The notes beneath the pieces are model-generated. The model ran no database searches, was not told the origin of the DNA, and saw only the letters and a program-made list of their open reading frames with translations. The position numbers were made by a program, and so were the translations under genes. From NCBI GenBank assembly GCA_963766715.1, contig CAVYBH010000008.1, positions 704,001-768,000 of the forward strand: a DNA stretch of 64,000 nt. The letters run 5' to 3'. Positions within the stretch are counted from its first letter, which is position 1. Every line of letters begins with the position of its first letter. This document shows, in pieces, positions 10,089 to 26,169 of the stretch. Origin of the DNA: an uncultured delta proteobacterium (GTDB lineage Bacteria; Myxococcota; Myxococcia; Myxococcales; Anaeromyxobacteraceae).

Positions 10089-10472
10089 TCACTCCGCGCC
10101 CTGGTGGAGGCAGAGGAAGTTGCCCTCCGGGTCCCGGAACCAGGCGGCCCGCTCGCTGCCCAGGACGCAGACGTGGTTCACGGTCTTGAGCCCGGGGAGG
10201 TCGTAGTCCTCGAAGGTCACGCCGCGGGACTCGAGCTCGGCGATGGCTCTCGGGACGTTCTTCACCTCGAAGGAGAGAGCGGTGTGCTCGGCCTTCGTCC
10301 CTTCCGGCTTGGGGATGAGCGCGACGCGGGCGCCGCCTCCGCAGGCGAGGACGAAGTTGCCGTCGGCGGCGAAGCCAATCGGAGCGAGCCCGAGCGTCTT
10401 CTCGTAGAAGGTCCGTGCCCGGTCCATGTTCTTCACGGGCAGGATGGTGGTGACGGACGCGGCGCCGAGCAT
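10089..10472 (-). CDS. VOC/glyoxalase family protein
   Basis: RARTFYEKTLGL, AWFRDPEGN. Confidence 0.9.
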   Translation of the reverse strand: MLGAASVTTILPVKNMDRARTFYEKTLGLAPIGFAADGNFVLACGGGARVALIPKPEGTKAEHTALSFEVKNVPRAIAELESRGVTFEDYDLPGLKTVNHVCVLGSERAAWFRDPEGNFLCLHQGAE

Positions 10473-10595
10473 GGCGACCTCCCTCCCATCCCTCCCCGCC
10501 GGAGAAATAAGCGGGAGGGTGCGGGCGCGCCCGCGTCGACCTCCCCGGGGGGCAAGCGAGCGTTTGCTCCCCCGCGTCCGGCGTCGACCGGCCGT

Positions 10596-11468
10596 CTACC
10601 GGGCGCCGGCCCGCGCCTGGAGCGCCCCGCCCACCTCGGCCACCACCACGCCCAGCATGATGAGTCCGCCGCCCGCCAGGCCGAGCGCTGGCAGCACCTC
10701 GCCGGTGACCAGGTGGGAGAAGACGGCCGCCGACGCCGGCTCGAGCGCGTAGATGATGGCCGCGCGAACGGCGGTGGTGTGGCGCTGCGCCCAGTTCATG
10801 ACGAAGAAGGCGCCGACCGTCATGGCCAGGCTGGTGAAGAGCACCGTGCCCAGGAGCTCCCCCGAGGGGACGAGCCGGACCGGCTCGAAGGCGAGCAGGA
10901 GCAGGCTTCCCAGGAAGGTGACGGCGATCTGCACGAAGGTGAGCCCGACGAGCGAGTGGCGCCGCGAGAACTCGCTCGTCCAGACGATCTGGAAGGCGTA
11001 GGCGATCGCGCAGCCGAGCGTGAGGAAATCCCCGAACTGGACGATCACGCTCCTGTCGTCGCTGAACGGCCGGGTGAGCATCGCCAGCCCGGTCACGGCG
11101 AGCGCCACGCCGGTCCAGGCGGGTACCCCGACCTTCCGCCCCTGCAGGAACTTGGCGATGAGCGGGACCACGACCACGGCCAGCCCGGTGATGAAGCCGG
11201 ACCGGGCCGGGGTGGTGTAGCGCAGGCCGAAGGTCTGGAGCGCGAAGCCGGCGAACATGGCCAGGCCGAGCAGGCCGCCGTCCCGCCACAGGCCGGGCGT
11301 CGGTCGCGTCCGGCGCAGGAGCCAGATGGCCCCGAGCACCGCCGCGGCCAGGCCGAAGCGCAGGGACAGGAACGCCCCGGGGCTCGTCCCGGCGTCGAGG
11401 ACGCGCTTCACCAGGGTGAAGGTCGTTCCCCAGACGAGGGTCAGGACGAGCAGTGCCAGGTCGGCCAC
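10596..11468 (-). CDS. DMT/EamA family transporter
   Basis: VWGTTF, QTFGLRYT, LEP motifs; about 10 TM segments. Confidence 0.92.
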   Translation of the reverse strand: MADLALLVLTLVWGTTFTLVKRVLDAGTSPGAFLSLRFGLAAAVLGAIWLLRRTRPTPGLWRDGGLLGLAMFAGFALQTFGLRYTTPARSGFITGLAVVVVPLIAKFLQGRKVGVPAWTGVALAVTGLAMLTRPFSDDRSVIVQFGDFLTLGCAIAYAFQIVWTSEFSRRHSLVGLTFVQIAVTFLGSLLLLAFEPVRLVPSGELLGTVLFTSLAMTVGAFFVMNWAQRHTTAVRAAIIYALEPASAAVFSHLVTGEVLPALGLAGGGLIMLGVVVAEVGGALQARAGAR

Positions 11469-11504
11469 GGGGCCGCGGTTGTAGCACGGCCCGCCGCGTG
11501 CGCC

Positions 11505-11933
11505 TCAGGCGCGCGCGTGGGCCGGCGTTTCCCGGTTCTGCGGCGCCTGCTGGGCGGCGTGCTCGTGGACCTGCGCCAGCTGGGCGAGCGCGAAGGCCCC
11601 CACCGCCATCACCGCGTCGCGCGCGGCGACGTCGAGGAAGTTGCCGCTCGAGATCAGGTTCAGGGCGATGGCCGCGAGCCAGCCCATCGCCACCCAGCCG
11701 AAGACCCGCGCGTGCCCGAGCAGGATGGCGGCGCCCACCACCACCTCGACGACGCCGCAGGCGCGCATGAAGAGCGCCGGGCTGACCGGGAGCACCCGGG
11801 CCGCCAGCGGGCTCAGGTACATGTCCCAGTTCGTGAGGAGATTCGTGAACTTGTCGAGCCCGGCGACGATGGGCACGACCCCGAAGGCGATTCGCAGCGC
11901 CCAGTACGCGGAATTCATGTGCTTTTCCTGCAT
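11505..11933 (-). CDS. DoxX-family membrane protein
   Basis: PIVAGLDKFTNLL, GVVEVVVG, DVAARD; GGAGG RBS. Confidence 0.8.
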   Translation of the reverse strand: MQEKHMNSAYWALRIAFGVVPIVAGLDKFTNLLTNWDMYLSPLAARVLPVSPALFMRACGVVEVVVGAAILLGHARVFGWVAMGWLAAIALNLISSGNFLDVAARDAVMAVGAFALAQLAQVHEHAAQQAPQNRETPAHARA

Positions 11934-11962
11934 GGCGGTTCCTCCTGTGTCCCCTCTTGCCG

Positions 11963-12023
11963 ATTGGATGCCGGCGCCGCGCCGGGGTTACGGCGTAACC
12001 TTCGAGGCACCGGGACATCCAAT
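11963..12023. promoter_or_regulatory. Back-to-back ECF-type promoters GTAACC-N15-CATCCAAT on both strands
   Basis: + strand: GTAACC 11995-12000, CATCCAAT 12016-12023. - strand: GTAACC 11991-11986, CATCCAAT 11970-11963. Confidence 0.75.
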
Positions 12024-12054
12024 GGGGTGTGAAGACCTCCGAGGAGGTGGCCCC

Positions 12055-12748
12055 ATGACCGCCACGAACCCCGCGCCCGATCGCCTTCCCGTTCCCCTGG
12101 ACGACGCCGGCCTCGTCTCTCGCGTCCGGGCCGGCGACCTGGCGGCCTTCGAGACCCTGATGCGGCGCCACAACCAGCGCGTCTACCGCGCCGTCCGCGC
12201 CATCCTCCGGGACGAGACCGAGGTCGAGGACGCCATGCAGCAGGCCTACCTGCTGGCCTTCTCGGGGCTGGACGGGTTCGTGGGCGCCTCGTCCTTCTCG
12301 ACCTGGCTCGTCCGCATCGCCGTGAACGAGGCCCTGGGCCGCCTGCGCCGGCGCGTCCGGGCGATCCCGCTCGAGGAGGATTCCATGAACGACCGAACTC
12401 CCCGCCATCTCACCGGCCGATTCGCCGGAGGACCAGGCCGCCACCCGCGAGGCCATCCGCCTCGTCGAGTCGGCCGTGGACGCCCTGTCGGTCGAGCACC
12501 GCACCGTCTTCATGCTGCGGGAGGTCGAGCAGCTCACCACCACCGAGACCTCCGAGGCCCTGGGGATCTCCGAGGAGAACGTGAAGGTCCGGCTGCACCG
12601 GGCCCGCCACGCCCTGCGCGGCGCGCTGTACGAGCGGGTGGGGCGCGGCGCGGCCGCGGCCTTCCCCTTCTTCGCGCCCCGCTGCGACCGGGTGGTCGCG
12701 GGCGTCATGGCCGTCCTGCTGGGAACCACGCGGCCGGCGAGGTCCTAG
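12055..12748 (+). CDS. ECF sigma-70 factor (frameshift ~12400) with C-terminal FPFFAPRCDRVV extension
   Basis: Region 2 (EDAMQQAYL, STWLVRIAVNEA) and region 4 (VFMLREVE..TSEALGISEENVKVRLHRAR). Confidence 0.9.
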
Positions 12749-13119
12749 CGCGCCGGCCCGAAGCGCAGCACGGTGCCCGGCGGGAGCCGATCGATCCGCT
12801 CCACCCGGAGACGGGGGCCCTTCCAGTCCATCGAGAACCGGATCTCCACCTTGTCCCCCACGGCCAGGTCCTTCGCCGGGATGGGCGGCGCGACGTCGAA
12901 GGGCATCACCATCGCGTCCATGCCCACCACCTTGCCCGACGCGTCGACGAAGTCGGCGATGGCCTCGTGGCGGACGAGCACCTGCGTGCCGGCGGTCACG
13001 GGCGTGGGCGGCGCGACCACCTCGCCGCGGACGGTGTAGACGCGTGCGCCCTCCCCGGCCGGCGGCGGGGACGCCGTGCAGGCGACGAGGAGGAGCAGGA
13101 AGGCGGGTGCGGCCCTCAC
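12745..13119 (-). CDS. CusF-like copper-binding lipoprotein
   Basis: Lipobox LVAC; HEAI...GMDAMVMPF motif. Confidence 0.75.
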   Translation of the reverse strand: MRAAPAFLLLLVACTASPPPAGEGARVYTVRGEVVAPPTPVTAGTQVLVRHEAIADFVDASGKVVGMDAMVMPFDVAPPIPAKDLAVGDKVEIRFSMDWKGPRLRVERIDRLPPGTVLRFGPAR

Positions 13120-13475
13120 CGCCGGTCGTCCTTCGCGTCGTGCTCCGCGTGGAAGACGTGCAGCACCCGGCTCATGAAGGGCGACAGGATGACGCCGGTG
13201 GCCGCGATGAGGACCAGGCCCGAGTAGAGCGCGTACAGGCCGGCGAAGATCTTGGCCCGGTTCGAGGGGAGGGACTCGGTGGGCCCCATCCCGCTCATGA
13301 TCATGGACGCGCTGTAGAACGAGTCGACCCAGCCGAGCCCGGCGAAGTGGTGGTAGCCGACGATGCCGACCGCGAGCGAGACGCTCACCAGCGCCCCGGC
13401 GATGCCCCCGGCCCGGAGCAGCCCGTGGCGGAAGACGCGGCGGCGGTGGGAGACGGTCGCGTGCGACGTGGTCAT
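13116..13475 (-). CDS. Minimal 2-TM + pore-helix ion-channel-like protein
   Basis: GIVGYHHFAGLGWVDSFYSASMIMSGMGP...KIFAGLYALY architecture; GGAGG RBS. Confidence 0.65.
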   Translation of the reverse strand: MTTSHATVSHRRRVFRHGLLRAGGIAGALVSVSLAVGIVGYHHFAGLGWVDSFYSASMIMSGMGPTESLPSNRAKIFAGLYALYSGLVLIAATGVILSPFMSRVLHVFHAEHDAKDDRR

Positions 13476-13486
13476 CCCGCCCCTCC

Positions 13487-14282
13487 TCAGATGTCGAACT
13501 CGAGCTGGTCCCGGACCGTCTTCCTCGCCTGGGGATCGTGCTCGTACTTGTGGTGCAGGTGGACCGGCTTCTCGGCCCGGGCCCGCAGCCGGAGGTTCAG
13601 GAGCTCCACCGACAGCGAGAAGGCCATGGCGAAGTACACGTAGCCGCGCGGGAATGTGCTGGCCGAGCGCCTCGGCCACCAGCATGACCCCGATGAGGAT
13701 GAGGAAGGAGAGCGCCAGCATCTTCACGGTGGGGTGGTCGTCGACGAACTTCCCGATGGGGCCGGCGAAGACCAGCATGACGCCCACCGCCACCACCATG
13801 GCCACCACCATCACCTCGATGTGCTGCGCCATCCCCACCGCGGTGATCACCGAGTCGAGCGAGAAGACGATGTCGAGGAGCGCGATCTGGACGATGGTCC
13901 AGCCGAAGGAGGCCTTCCCGCGCGCGGAGGCCTGCGCCTCGTGGGCCACCTCCAGCTTGTCGTGGATCTCGAAGGTGGCCTTGCCGATGAGGAAGAGGCC
14001 GCCTCCGCCCAGGATGAGGTCTCGGCCGGAGATTCCCCTGTCGGCGACGGAGAAGAGCTGGGCGGTGAGCCCCATCAGCCAGGTGATGGCGAAGAGCAGG
14101 AGCAGCCGGGTGCCCAGCGCCGCGGCCAGGCCCAGCCGGCGCGCCAGCGGCTGCTGCGCCTTCGGGAGCTTGCCCGCCAGGATCGTCAGGAAGACGATGT
14201 TGTCGACGCCGAGGACGATCTCCATCGCCGCCAGGGTGGCCAGCGAGATCCAGGTCTCCGGGTGGCTCCACATCTCGAGCAT
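13487..14282 (-). CDS. TerC family membrane protein (frameshift ~13650)
   Basis: EIVLGVDNIVF, LDIVFSLDSVITAVG, HPTVKMLALSFL, then RGYVYFAMAFS in the shifted frame. Confidence 0.92.
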
Positions 14283-14291
14283 CGCTACCTC

Positions 14292-15294
14292 TTAGCGCAG
14301 AAGGAAGCGGTACACACCCTCCCGGAGCTCGCGCCTGGCCTCGCCGCGCTCCTCCAGGACCTCGAGGTTGGCGAGCGCCTCGGAGACCGTCAGGAAGAGG
14401 GCCGACGGCGGCACGCGCGGGAAGAGGCGCACCGTCACCTCCCAGCCCGTGAGCGGCCCCGCGGCGAGCTCCTCGCGGATCCGCTGCTGCCGCTTCCCGT
14501 AGAACCCGAGCAGCCGGTCGATGACCGACCGGTGGTCGCCAAAGGGCGTGGCGTGGCCGGGCAGCACGAGGTCCACGTCGAGCTCCCGCAGCCGGCCGAT
14601 CGACACCAGGTAGGCGACGAGCGGCCGCCAGCCCTCCTCGCCGTCGGGGCCGAGCTCGATGAGCGGGTTCGGCGAGACGTGCTCGAGCAGGTGGTCGTCG
14701 GAGAGGACGAGCCGGTGCTCCCGGTCGTACAGGCACAGGAGGCCGGGGGTGTGGCCCGGCATGTGGAGCGGCTCGAGGGTGACGTGCTTCATCCGCAGGG
14801 GCTCGGAGAGGTCGAGCGGCTCGACGCGCGGGATGCGGCGGGCCTTCGTGAACCCCTCGCTCACCTGCCTCCAGGCCTGCACGAGGATCTCCGGCGGCAC
14901 CCCCAGCTTCTGGAAGAAGGCGGCGTAGGCCGGCACCTGCTCCGAGAAGCGCGGGAAGCCCTCGGCCATCTTGGGGATGTCGCGGGGGTGGGCGTGGACC
15001 GGGACCGGCGTGACCGGCCCGCTCGAGCAGGTTCATCGCCCCGCCGTAGTGGTCGATGTGGCCGTGGGAGACGACGATGCGCGAGATGTCGGCGGGCGAG
15101 CGGCCGATCCGCTCCAGCCCGGCGGCCATCGCCCCCTGGGCCTCCGGCGCGCCCAGCCCGGAGTCGAAGAGGAGGAGGCCGCCGTCGCGGTCCTCGATGG
15201 CGTAGGCGTTCACCGGCCCACCCGCCTCGAGGAACGGGATGGGCATGGAGATCCGGTGGATCCCCAGCCCGGCGAGGTCCGCCTCCGCGATCAC
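14292..15294 (-). CDS. MBL-fold metallo-hydrolase (frameshift ~15005)
   Basis: SHGHIDHYG, PGHTPG, LPGH; GTG start overlaps the etfA stop. Confidence 0.87.
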
Positions 15295-16259
15295 GAGCCC
15301 TTGCCGGCCTTGATCTTCTCCCGGAGCTCGGGAACGGCCTTGAAGAGGTCCGCCACCAGCCCGTAGTCGGCGAGCTGGAAGATGGGGGCCTCGACGTCCT
15401 TGTTGATGGCCACGATGACCTTGGAGCCCTTCATCCCGGCCAGGTGCTGGATGGCGCCGGAGATGCCCGCCGCGATGTACAGCTCGGGCGCGACCACCTT
15501 GCCGGTCTGCCCGACCTGCCAGTCGTTCGGCACCCACCCGGCGTCCACCGCCGCGCGGCTCGCGCCGAGCGCCGCGCCCAGGTCGTCGGCCAGGCCCTCG
15601 AGCTCCTTGAAGTCGCCCTTGGTGCCGCGGCCGCCGGCCACCACCACGCGCGCCTCGGTCAGCTCGGGGCGCTCGCTCTTCACTTCCTTGAACTCCACGA
15701 AGCGGGTCGGCAGCGCGGCGGGATCGACCGACACGGCCACCGCCTTCACCTCGCCGGCGGCGCCCTTGGCGGCGGCCGGGAACTCGGTGGGACGGACGGT
15801 GAAGGCCTTCACCGGCGTCGCCAGGTCCACCTCGGCGAGCACGTTGCCCGCCCACATGGGGCGGTGGAAGGTGACGGCCGGGCCGGCGCCGCCGAAGCCG
15901 AGCACCTCCGTGGCGGTGGCCGCGCCCAGGCGGGCCGCCACGCGCGGGACCAGGTCCTTGCCGAAGGCGGTGGCGGCGGCGCCCACGTGGGTGGCGCCGA
16001 TCCCCTTCGCGATCTCGGCCACCACCGGGGCGAAGGCCTCGGCGATGGGGTGCTCGAGGGCGGCCGAGTCGGCCGCGTGGACGGTGACGCCGTACCCGGC
16101 CAGCTCGGTGGCCAGCGCGCCGAGGCCCTTGCCGAGCAGGGCGACGTGGACGGTGCCACCGGTGCGCGCGGCGACGGCCTGGCCGGCGGCGATGGCGTGG
16201 AGGGTGGCCTTCCGGAGGTGGCCGCCCGACTGCTCCGCGATGATGAGGACGTTGGACAT
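15291..16259 (-). CDS. etfA: Electron transfer flavoprotein alpha subunit
   Basis: [28 protein letters not shown]. Confidence 0.96.
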   Translation of the reverse strand: MSNVLIIAEQSGGHLRKATLHAIAAGQAVAARTGGTVHVALLGKGLGALATELAGYGVTVHAADSAALEHPIAEAFAPVVAEIAKGIGATHVGAAATAFGKDLVPRVAARLGAATATEVLGFGGAGPAVTFHRPMWAGNVLAEVDLATPVKAFTVRPTEFPAAAKGAAGEVKAVAVSVDPAALPTRFVEFKEVKSERPELTEARVVVAGGRGTKGDFKELEGLADDLGAALGASRAAVDAGWVPNDWQVGQTGKVVAPELYIAAGISGAIQHLAGMKGSKVIVAINKDVEAPIFQLADYGLVADLFKAVPELREKIKAGKGS

Positions 16260-16268
16260 GGCGTTCTC

Positions 16269-17072
16269 CTAGAGGACCTTGGCCTCGGTCTTCAGCTTGG
16301 CGTAGAGCTCGGCGACGTCGGCGACCTTCTGGCCGCCCTGGCGCTTGGGGGGCTCGGACAGCTTCTTCACCACCACCTTGGGCGCGAGATCCACGCCCAG
16401 CGAGGGGCCGGGGATCTCCTCCACCGGCTTCTTCTTGGCCTTCATGATCCCGGGCAGCGACGCGAAGCGGGGCTTGTTGAGCCGCAGGTCGCAGGTCACC
16501 ACCGCGGGCAGGGAGACGTCGACGGTGAGGAGCCCGCCGTCCACCTCGCGCACCACCCGCAGCGACTTCCCGTCGGCGGCGAGCGCCACGCCCGGCTGCT
16601 TCTTCTGCTCGGCCTCGCTCTCCAGGCTCTCGACCTTGGAGGCGAAGGTGGCCTGCCCGGCGCCGATGCGCTCGGCGAGGTACTGGCCCACCTGGTTCTG
16701 GTCGTCGTCGATCGACTGCTTCCCGAGCAGCACGACGTCCGGCTTCTCCTTCTCGACCACCTTGGCGAGGATGGCGGAGACGACCACCGGGTCGAGCGGG
16801 CCCTCGTGCTTCACGAGGATGCCGCGGTCGGCGCCCATGGCCAGCGCGGCCCGGATCTCGGTCATCGACTTGTCGCCGCCGATGCTCGCGACGATGACCT
16901 CGCCGCCGTGCTTCTCCTTGAGCCGCAGCCCCTCCTCGACGGCGATCTCGTCGAAGGGGTTCATCTTGTAGTTCACGCCCTCGGTCACGATGCCGGTGCC
17001 GTCGGGCTTCACCTTGATCTTCGACTCGGGGTCCTCGACGCGCTTCGCCGTGACCAGGATCTTGAGGGGCAT
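16269..17072 (-). CDS. etfB: Electron transfer flavoprotein beta subunit
   Basis: [32 protein letters not shown]. Confidence 0.96.
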   Translation of the reverse strand: MPLKILVTAKRVEDPESKIKVKPDGTGIVTEGVNYKMNPFDEIAVEEGLRLKEKHGGEVIVASIGGDKSMTEIRAALAMGADRGILVKHEGPLDPVVVSAILAKVVEKEKPDVVLLGKQSIDDDQNQVGQYLAERIGAGQATFASKVESLESEAEQKKQPGVALAADGKSLRVVREVDGGLLTVDVSLPAVVTCDLRLNKPRFASLPGIMKAKKKPVEEIPGPSLGVDLAPKVVVKKLSEPPKRQGGQKVADVAELYAKLKTEAKVL

Positions 17073-17082
17073 TGGGGACTCC

Positions 17083-17098
17083 TTGACTCTAGAATCAA
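17083..17098. promoter_or_regulatory. Near-perfect palindrome TTGACTCTAGAATCAA next to the etfB RBS
   Basis: 14/16 self-complementary and AT-rich in a GC-rich context. Confidence 0.4.
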
Positions 17099-17211
17099 CG
17101 GGAAGCCCCCGATCTAGCCTGCTCCGCCGAACCGATGCAACCCCCTCGTGGCGAAGGGGGGGACCCCGGCCGAGTCCTTTCGCCGGGTCACCGCGGGCGC
17201 ATACTGGTGTC

Positions 17212-17819
17212 GTGATCCTGAACTTTCTAGCGAAGTTCAGTTATTTCGCGGTCTTCTCCCTGCTGGTGGCAGGGGGCGTGGGCGTCCCCGTGCCGGAGGA
17301 GGTCGTCCAGCTCGGGGCCGGATTCCTGGCGAAGCAGGGCACGATGGCGCTCTGGCCCGCACTCGCCGTGACAGCCGGCGGCATCCTCCTCGGCGACTAC
17401 ATCCTCTTCCGGCTCGGCCGCTCCCACGGGGCGCGGGTCATGGCCTCCCGCCACCTGAAGCGCTTCTTCACGCCGGAGCGGCGCGCCTGGGTCGAGCGCC
17501 ACTTCGAGAACCACGACTTCCTCACCGTGGCGGTGGCCCGCCTGGTCTCGCCCTTCCGGCTGCCCGTCTTCGCGAGCGCCGGCGCCATGGGCGTGTCGAC
17601 CCGCACCTTCCTGCTCGCCGACGGGCTCGCCGCCCTCGTGTCGGTGCCGCTCGTCTTCGGGCTCGGCTACCTCTTCGCGGCCCACCTCGCCGAGGTGAAG
17701 CGGAACCTCCACGACGCCGAGACGCTCGGCCTGCTGCTCCTCGTCGGGCTGGGCGGGGCCTGGTCGGGGGTGCGCCGGAAGCGGGGCGCGCGGCTCGTGC
17801 TGGTGAAGCGCGAGCCGGG

Positions 17820-17838
<19 letters not shown>
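17212..17838 (+). CDS. DedA family membrane protein
   Basis: GVPVPEE, GDYILFRLGR, VARLVSPFR. Confidence 0.88.
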
Positions 17839-22972
<5,134 letters not shown>

Positions 22973-22976
<4 letters not shown>

Positions 22977-23894
22977 GCGTTCTCCTCGGCGGACAGGGCG
23001 CCCAGCGCGATGGAGAGCAGCTTGTCGTCGGCGCGCTCGACGCGCGACGGGATGAGCACCGGCGCCCGGGCCCCCTCGATGACGTGGGCCACGGGCTTGC
23101 CGGCCAGCCAGGAGAAGGCCTTGCCCAGGATGTTGCCGGCCTCGATGGTGGGCACGAGCAGGATGTCCGCCTTGCCGGCCAGCGGGTGGTCGATGCCCTT
23201 GGCCTTGGCCGCCCAGGGCAGGATGGCGTTGTCGAGCGCCAGCGGCCCGACCACCCGGCAGTCGCCGAGCTCCCCCTTCTCGCAGAGCTCCACCAGCGCC
23301 CGGGCGTCCTGGGTGTGGGGCATGGCGGGAGACGGGGTCTCCACCGCGCAGAGCACCGCCACCACCGGCCTCGCGAAGCCGAGCCGGTGGAAGACCCGCA
23401 CGGCGTTCTCGAGGATGGCCCGCTTCTCGGCCAGCCGCGGGCGCGACGTTGACGCCGCCATCGGTGATCCCCACGAGGCGGCGCGGCGGCGCGGTGGGGT
23501 GCTCGCTCACCATCACGTCGGAGAGGACCCGGCCGGTGCGCAGGCCGTGATCGCGGTCGAGGACGGCGCGCAGCAGGTCGCCGGTGGGGAGCCGGCCCTT
23601 GAGGAGCATGGACGCCTCGCCCGCCCGGACCCGCTCCACGGCCAGCGCGGCGGCCCGCGCGTCGTCCGGCTCGTGGACGATCTCGTGGTGCGACGGGTCC
23701 TCCTCGAGCTTCCAGAGCCGATCGACGAGCCCCTCCCGGTCGCCGAAGAGCAGCCCGCGCGCGATCCCGCGCCGCCGCGCCGCCACCACCGCGGCGAGCG
23801 CGGTCTCGCTCTCGGCGGCCGGGACGGCGACCACGCGGGGCCCGAGCGCCCGCGCGCGGTCCACCAGCTCGTCGAGCGATCGGACGGGATCCAC
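22973..23894 (-). CDS. ptb: Phosphate butyryltransferase (frameshift ~23445)
   Basis: MLLKG, LRTGRVLS, ITDGGVNVAP, GPLALDNA, IEAGNILGK, SR.E. Confidence 0.9.
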
Positions 23895-23998
23895 CGGCCG
23901 GGGGTTTCCCACGCCCTGCGCCGTCCCGCCAGCCCTTGCCCGGGAGGCCCCGAAAAGGGAGAATCGCCGACCCATTTCCGGAAGAGGCAGGATCGATC

Positions 23999-25664
23999 GT
24001 GGAGACGGTTGCGACGAAGGCGCCCGTTCGCGGGCTGTGGAGCGGTGACGAGGCAGTGGCCCTGGCGGCGCTCGACGGGGGCGTGGCCCTCGGAACGGGA
24101 TACCCCGGCACGCCATCCACCGAGATCCTGGAGGCTTTCTCCGAGCTCGGCGGGCGCGCGCAGTGGGCGCCCAACGAGAAGGTGGCCCTCGAGGTCGGTC
24201 TCGGCGCGGCCTTCGCCGGCGCCCGGGTGCTCGTCACCATGAAGCACGTGGGCGTGAACGTGGCCGCCGACCCGCTCTTCACGGCGGCCTACACCGGCGT
24301 GGACGGCGCGCTCGTGCTGGTCTCCGCCGACGACCCCGGCATGGCGTCGTCGCAGAACGAGCAGGACAACCGGCGCTACGCGGTGGCCGCCGGGGTCCCC
24401 ATGCTGGAGCCGGCCTCCTCCCAGGAGGCCTACGACTTCACGCTCGCCGCCTTCGACCTCTCGGCTCGCTGGAAGATCCCGGTGATCCTCCGCATGACCA
24501 CGCGGGTGTGCCACTCCAAGTCGGTGGTCCGCCGCCTCGGGGCGCCGCTCCCCCCGGCGCCGCCGCCCCGCTTCGTCCGCGACATCCGCGGCCGGGTCAT
24601 GGTGCCCGGCCTTCGCGCGCCCCGCCCACCGAAAGCTCCGCCAGAAGCTCGAGGAGATCCGGGCCTGGGCCGAGACGCTCCCGCAGAACCGGATCCACGA
24701 GGCCAGCCCGGCGCTCGGCGTCGTCACCGCCGGCGTGTCCTTCCAGCACGTGCGCGAGGCCGCGCCCGAGGCCAGCGTCTTCAAGCTGGGCGTGGTCTAC
24801 CCGCTGCCCATGGAGGCGCTGCGCCGCTTCGCCGCCGGCGTGGAGCGCTGCGTGGTCGTCGAGGAGGGCGACCCCGTGCTCGCCGACGCGATGCGCGCCG
24901 CCGGGATCGCGGTCGAGGCCAAGGCCGAGATGTACCGCTTCGGCGAGCTGAACGTGGAGCGGGTGCGGCGCATCCTGGCCCGGGACGAGTCCCCCGAGGC
25001 CCCTCCCGCCAAGGCCAAGCCGCCGGAGCTCTGCGAGGCCTGCCCCTACCACCCGGTCTACGGGGCCCTGCAGCGCATGGGCTGCATCGTGGCCGGCGAC
25101 ATCGGCTGCTACACCCTGGGCGTGATGGAGCCCTACCAGGCCATGGACACCTGCGTGGCCATGGGCGCCTCGATCGGCGTGGGGCTGGGGCTGCGCCACG
25201 TGCTGCCGGAGGAGCAGGCGCGCAAGGTGGTGAGCGTCATCGGCGACTCCACCTTCATCCACAGCGGCCTGAACGGCCTGGTGGAGATGGTCTACAACCC
25301 GCCCGAGACCGGCCACGTGCTGCTCATCCTCGACAACGGGACCACCGCCATGACCGGGCAGCAGGAGCACCCGGGCACCGGCCGGACCATGTCCCACGAC
25401 GCCACCGGCCACGTCTCCATCGAGGGCATGGCGCGGGCGGCCGGCGTGCAGAACGTCGACGTCGTCGATCCGGTCAAGGACCCGAAGGGATTCGAGGACC
25501 TGCTCACGCGCCGGCTCTCGTCGAACGACCTGTCGGTCATCGTGGCCCGCCGCCCCTGCATCCTGGCGGCCGCCGACATCCGGCACTTCGAGAAGACCAA
25601 CGCCGAGAAGGCCGCTGCGGCGGCCTCCCCCTGCTCCGCCTGCGGGAGCGACGATGCCGTCTAG
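23999..25664 (+). CDS. iorA: Indolepyruvate:ferredoxin oxidoreductase alpha subunit (frameshift ~24615), no C-terminal ferredoxin domain
   Basis: GYPGTPSTEI, NEKVALE, MKHVGVNVAAD, SSQNEQD, GDIGCY, GDSTF.H, LDNGTTAMTG. Confidence 0.92.
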
Positions 25665-26169
25665 GGTCGTGAACGTCGTCTTCGCCGGGCTGGGAGGCCA
25701 GGGCGTCATCAAGGCCTCCGACGTGCTCGCCGACGCGGCCTTCCGCACCGGGCTCGACGTGAAGAAGGCCGAGATCCACGGCATGAGCCAGCGCGGCGGG
25801 TCGGTCACCTCCGACGTGCGCTTCGGCCCCGAGGTCCACTCGCCGATGATCCCCGACGGCCAGGCCGACTTCCTCGTGGTGCTGGCGCCGTCGCAGGTGG
25901 AGAACAACGTCCACCAGCTCCGCAAGGGCGGCGTGCTCTTCCCGCCCGACCTGGTGCCGGAGTCGAGCCTGAAGAACAAGCGCAGCCTCAACGTGGCGCT
26001 CCTCGGGGCCCTCTCGGTCCACCTCCAGATCGCGGAGGAGCACTGGCGGGCCGCGCTCGCGAGCTCGCTCCCCGAGCGGCTCCTGCAGGTCAACCTGGAG
26101 GCCTTCGAGGCCGGACGCGCCGCCGAGCGCGCCCGCTCGGGAGGGAAGGGACCCCATGTCCACGCCTGA
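25654..26169 (+). CDS. iorB: Indolepyruvate oxidoreductase beta subunit
   Basis: [23 protein letters not shown]. Confidence 0.92.
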   Translation: MPSRVVNVVFAGLGGQGVIKASDVLADAAFRTGLDVKKAEIHGMSQRGGSVTSDVRFGPEVHSPMIPDGQADFLVVLAPSQVENNVHQLRKGGVLFPPDLVPESSLKNKRSLNVALLGALSVHLQIAEEHWRAALASSLPERLLQVNLEAFEAGRAAERARSGGKGPHVHA

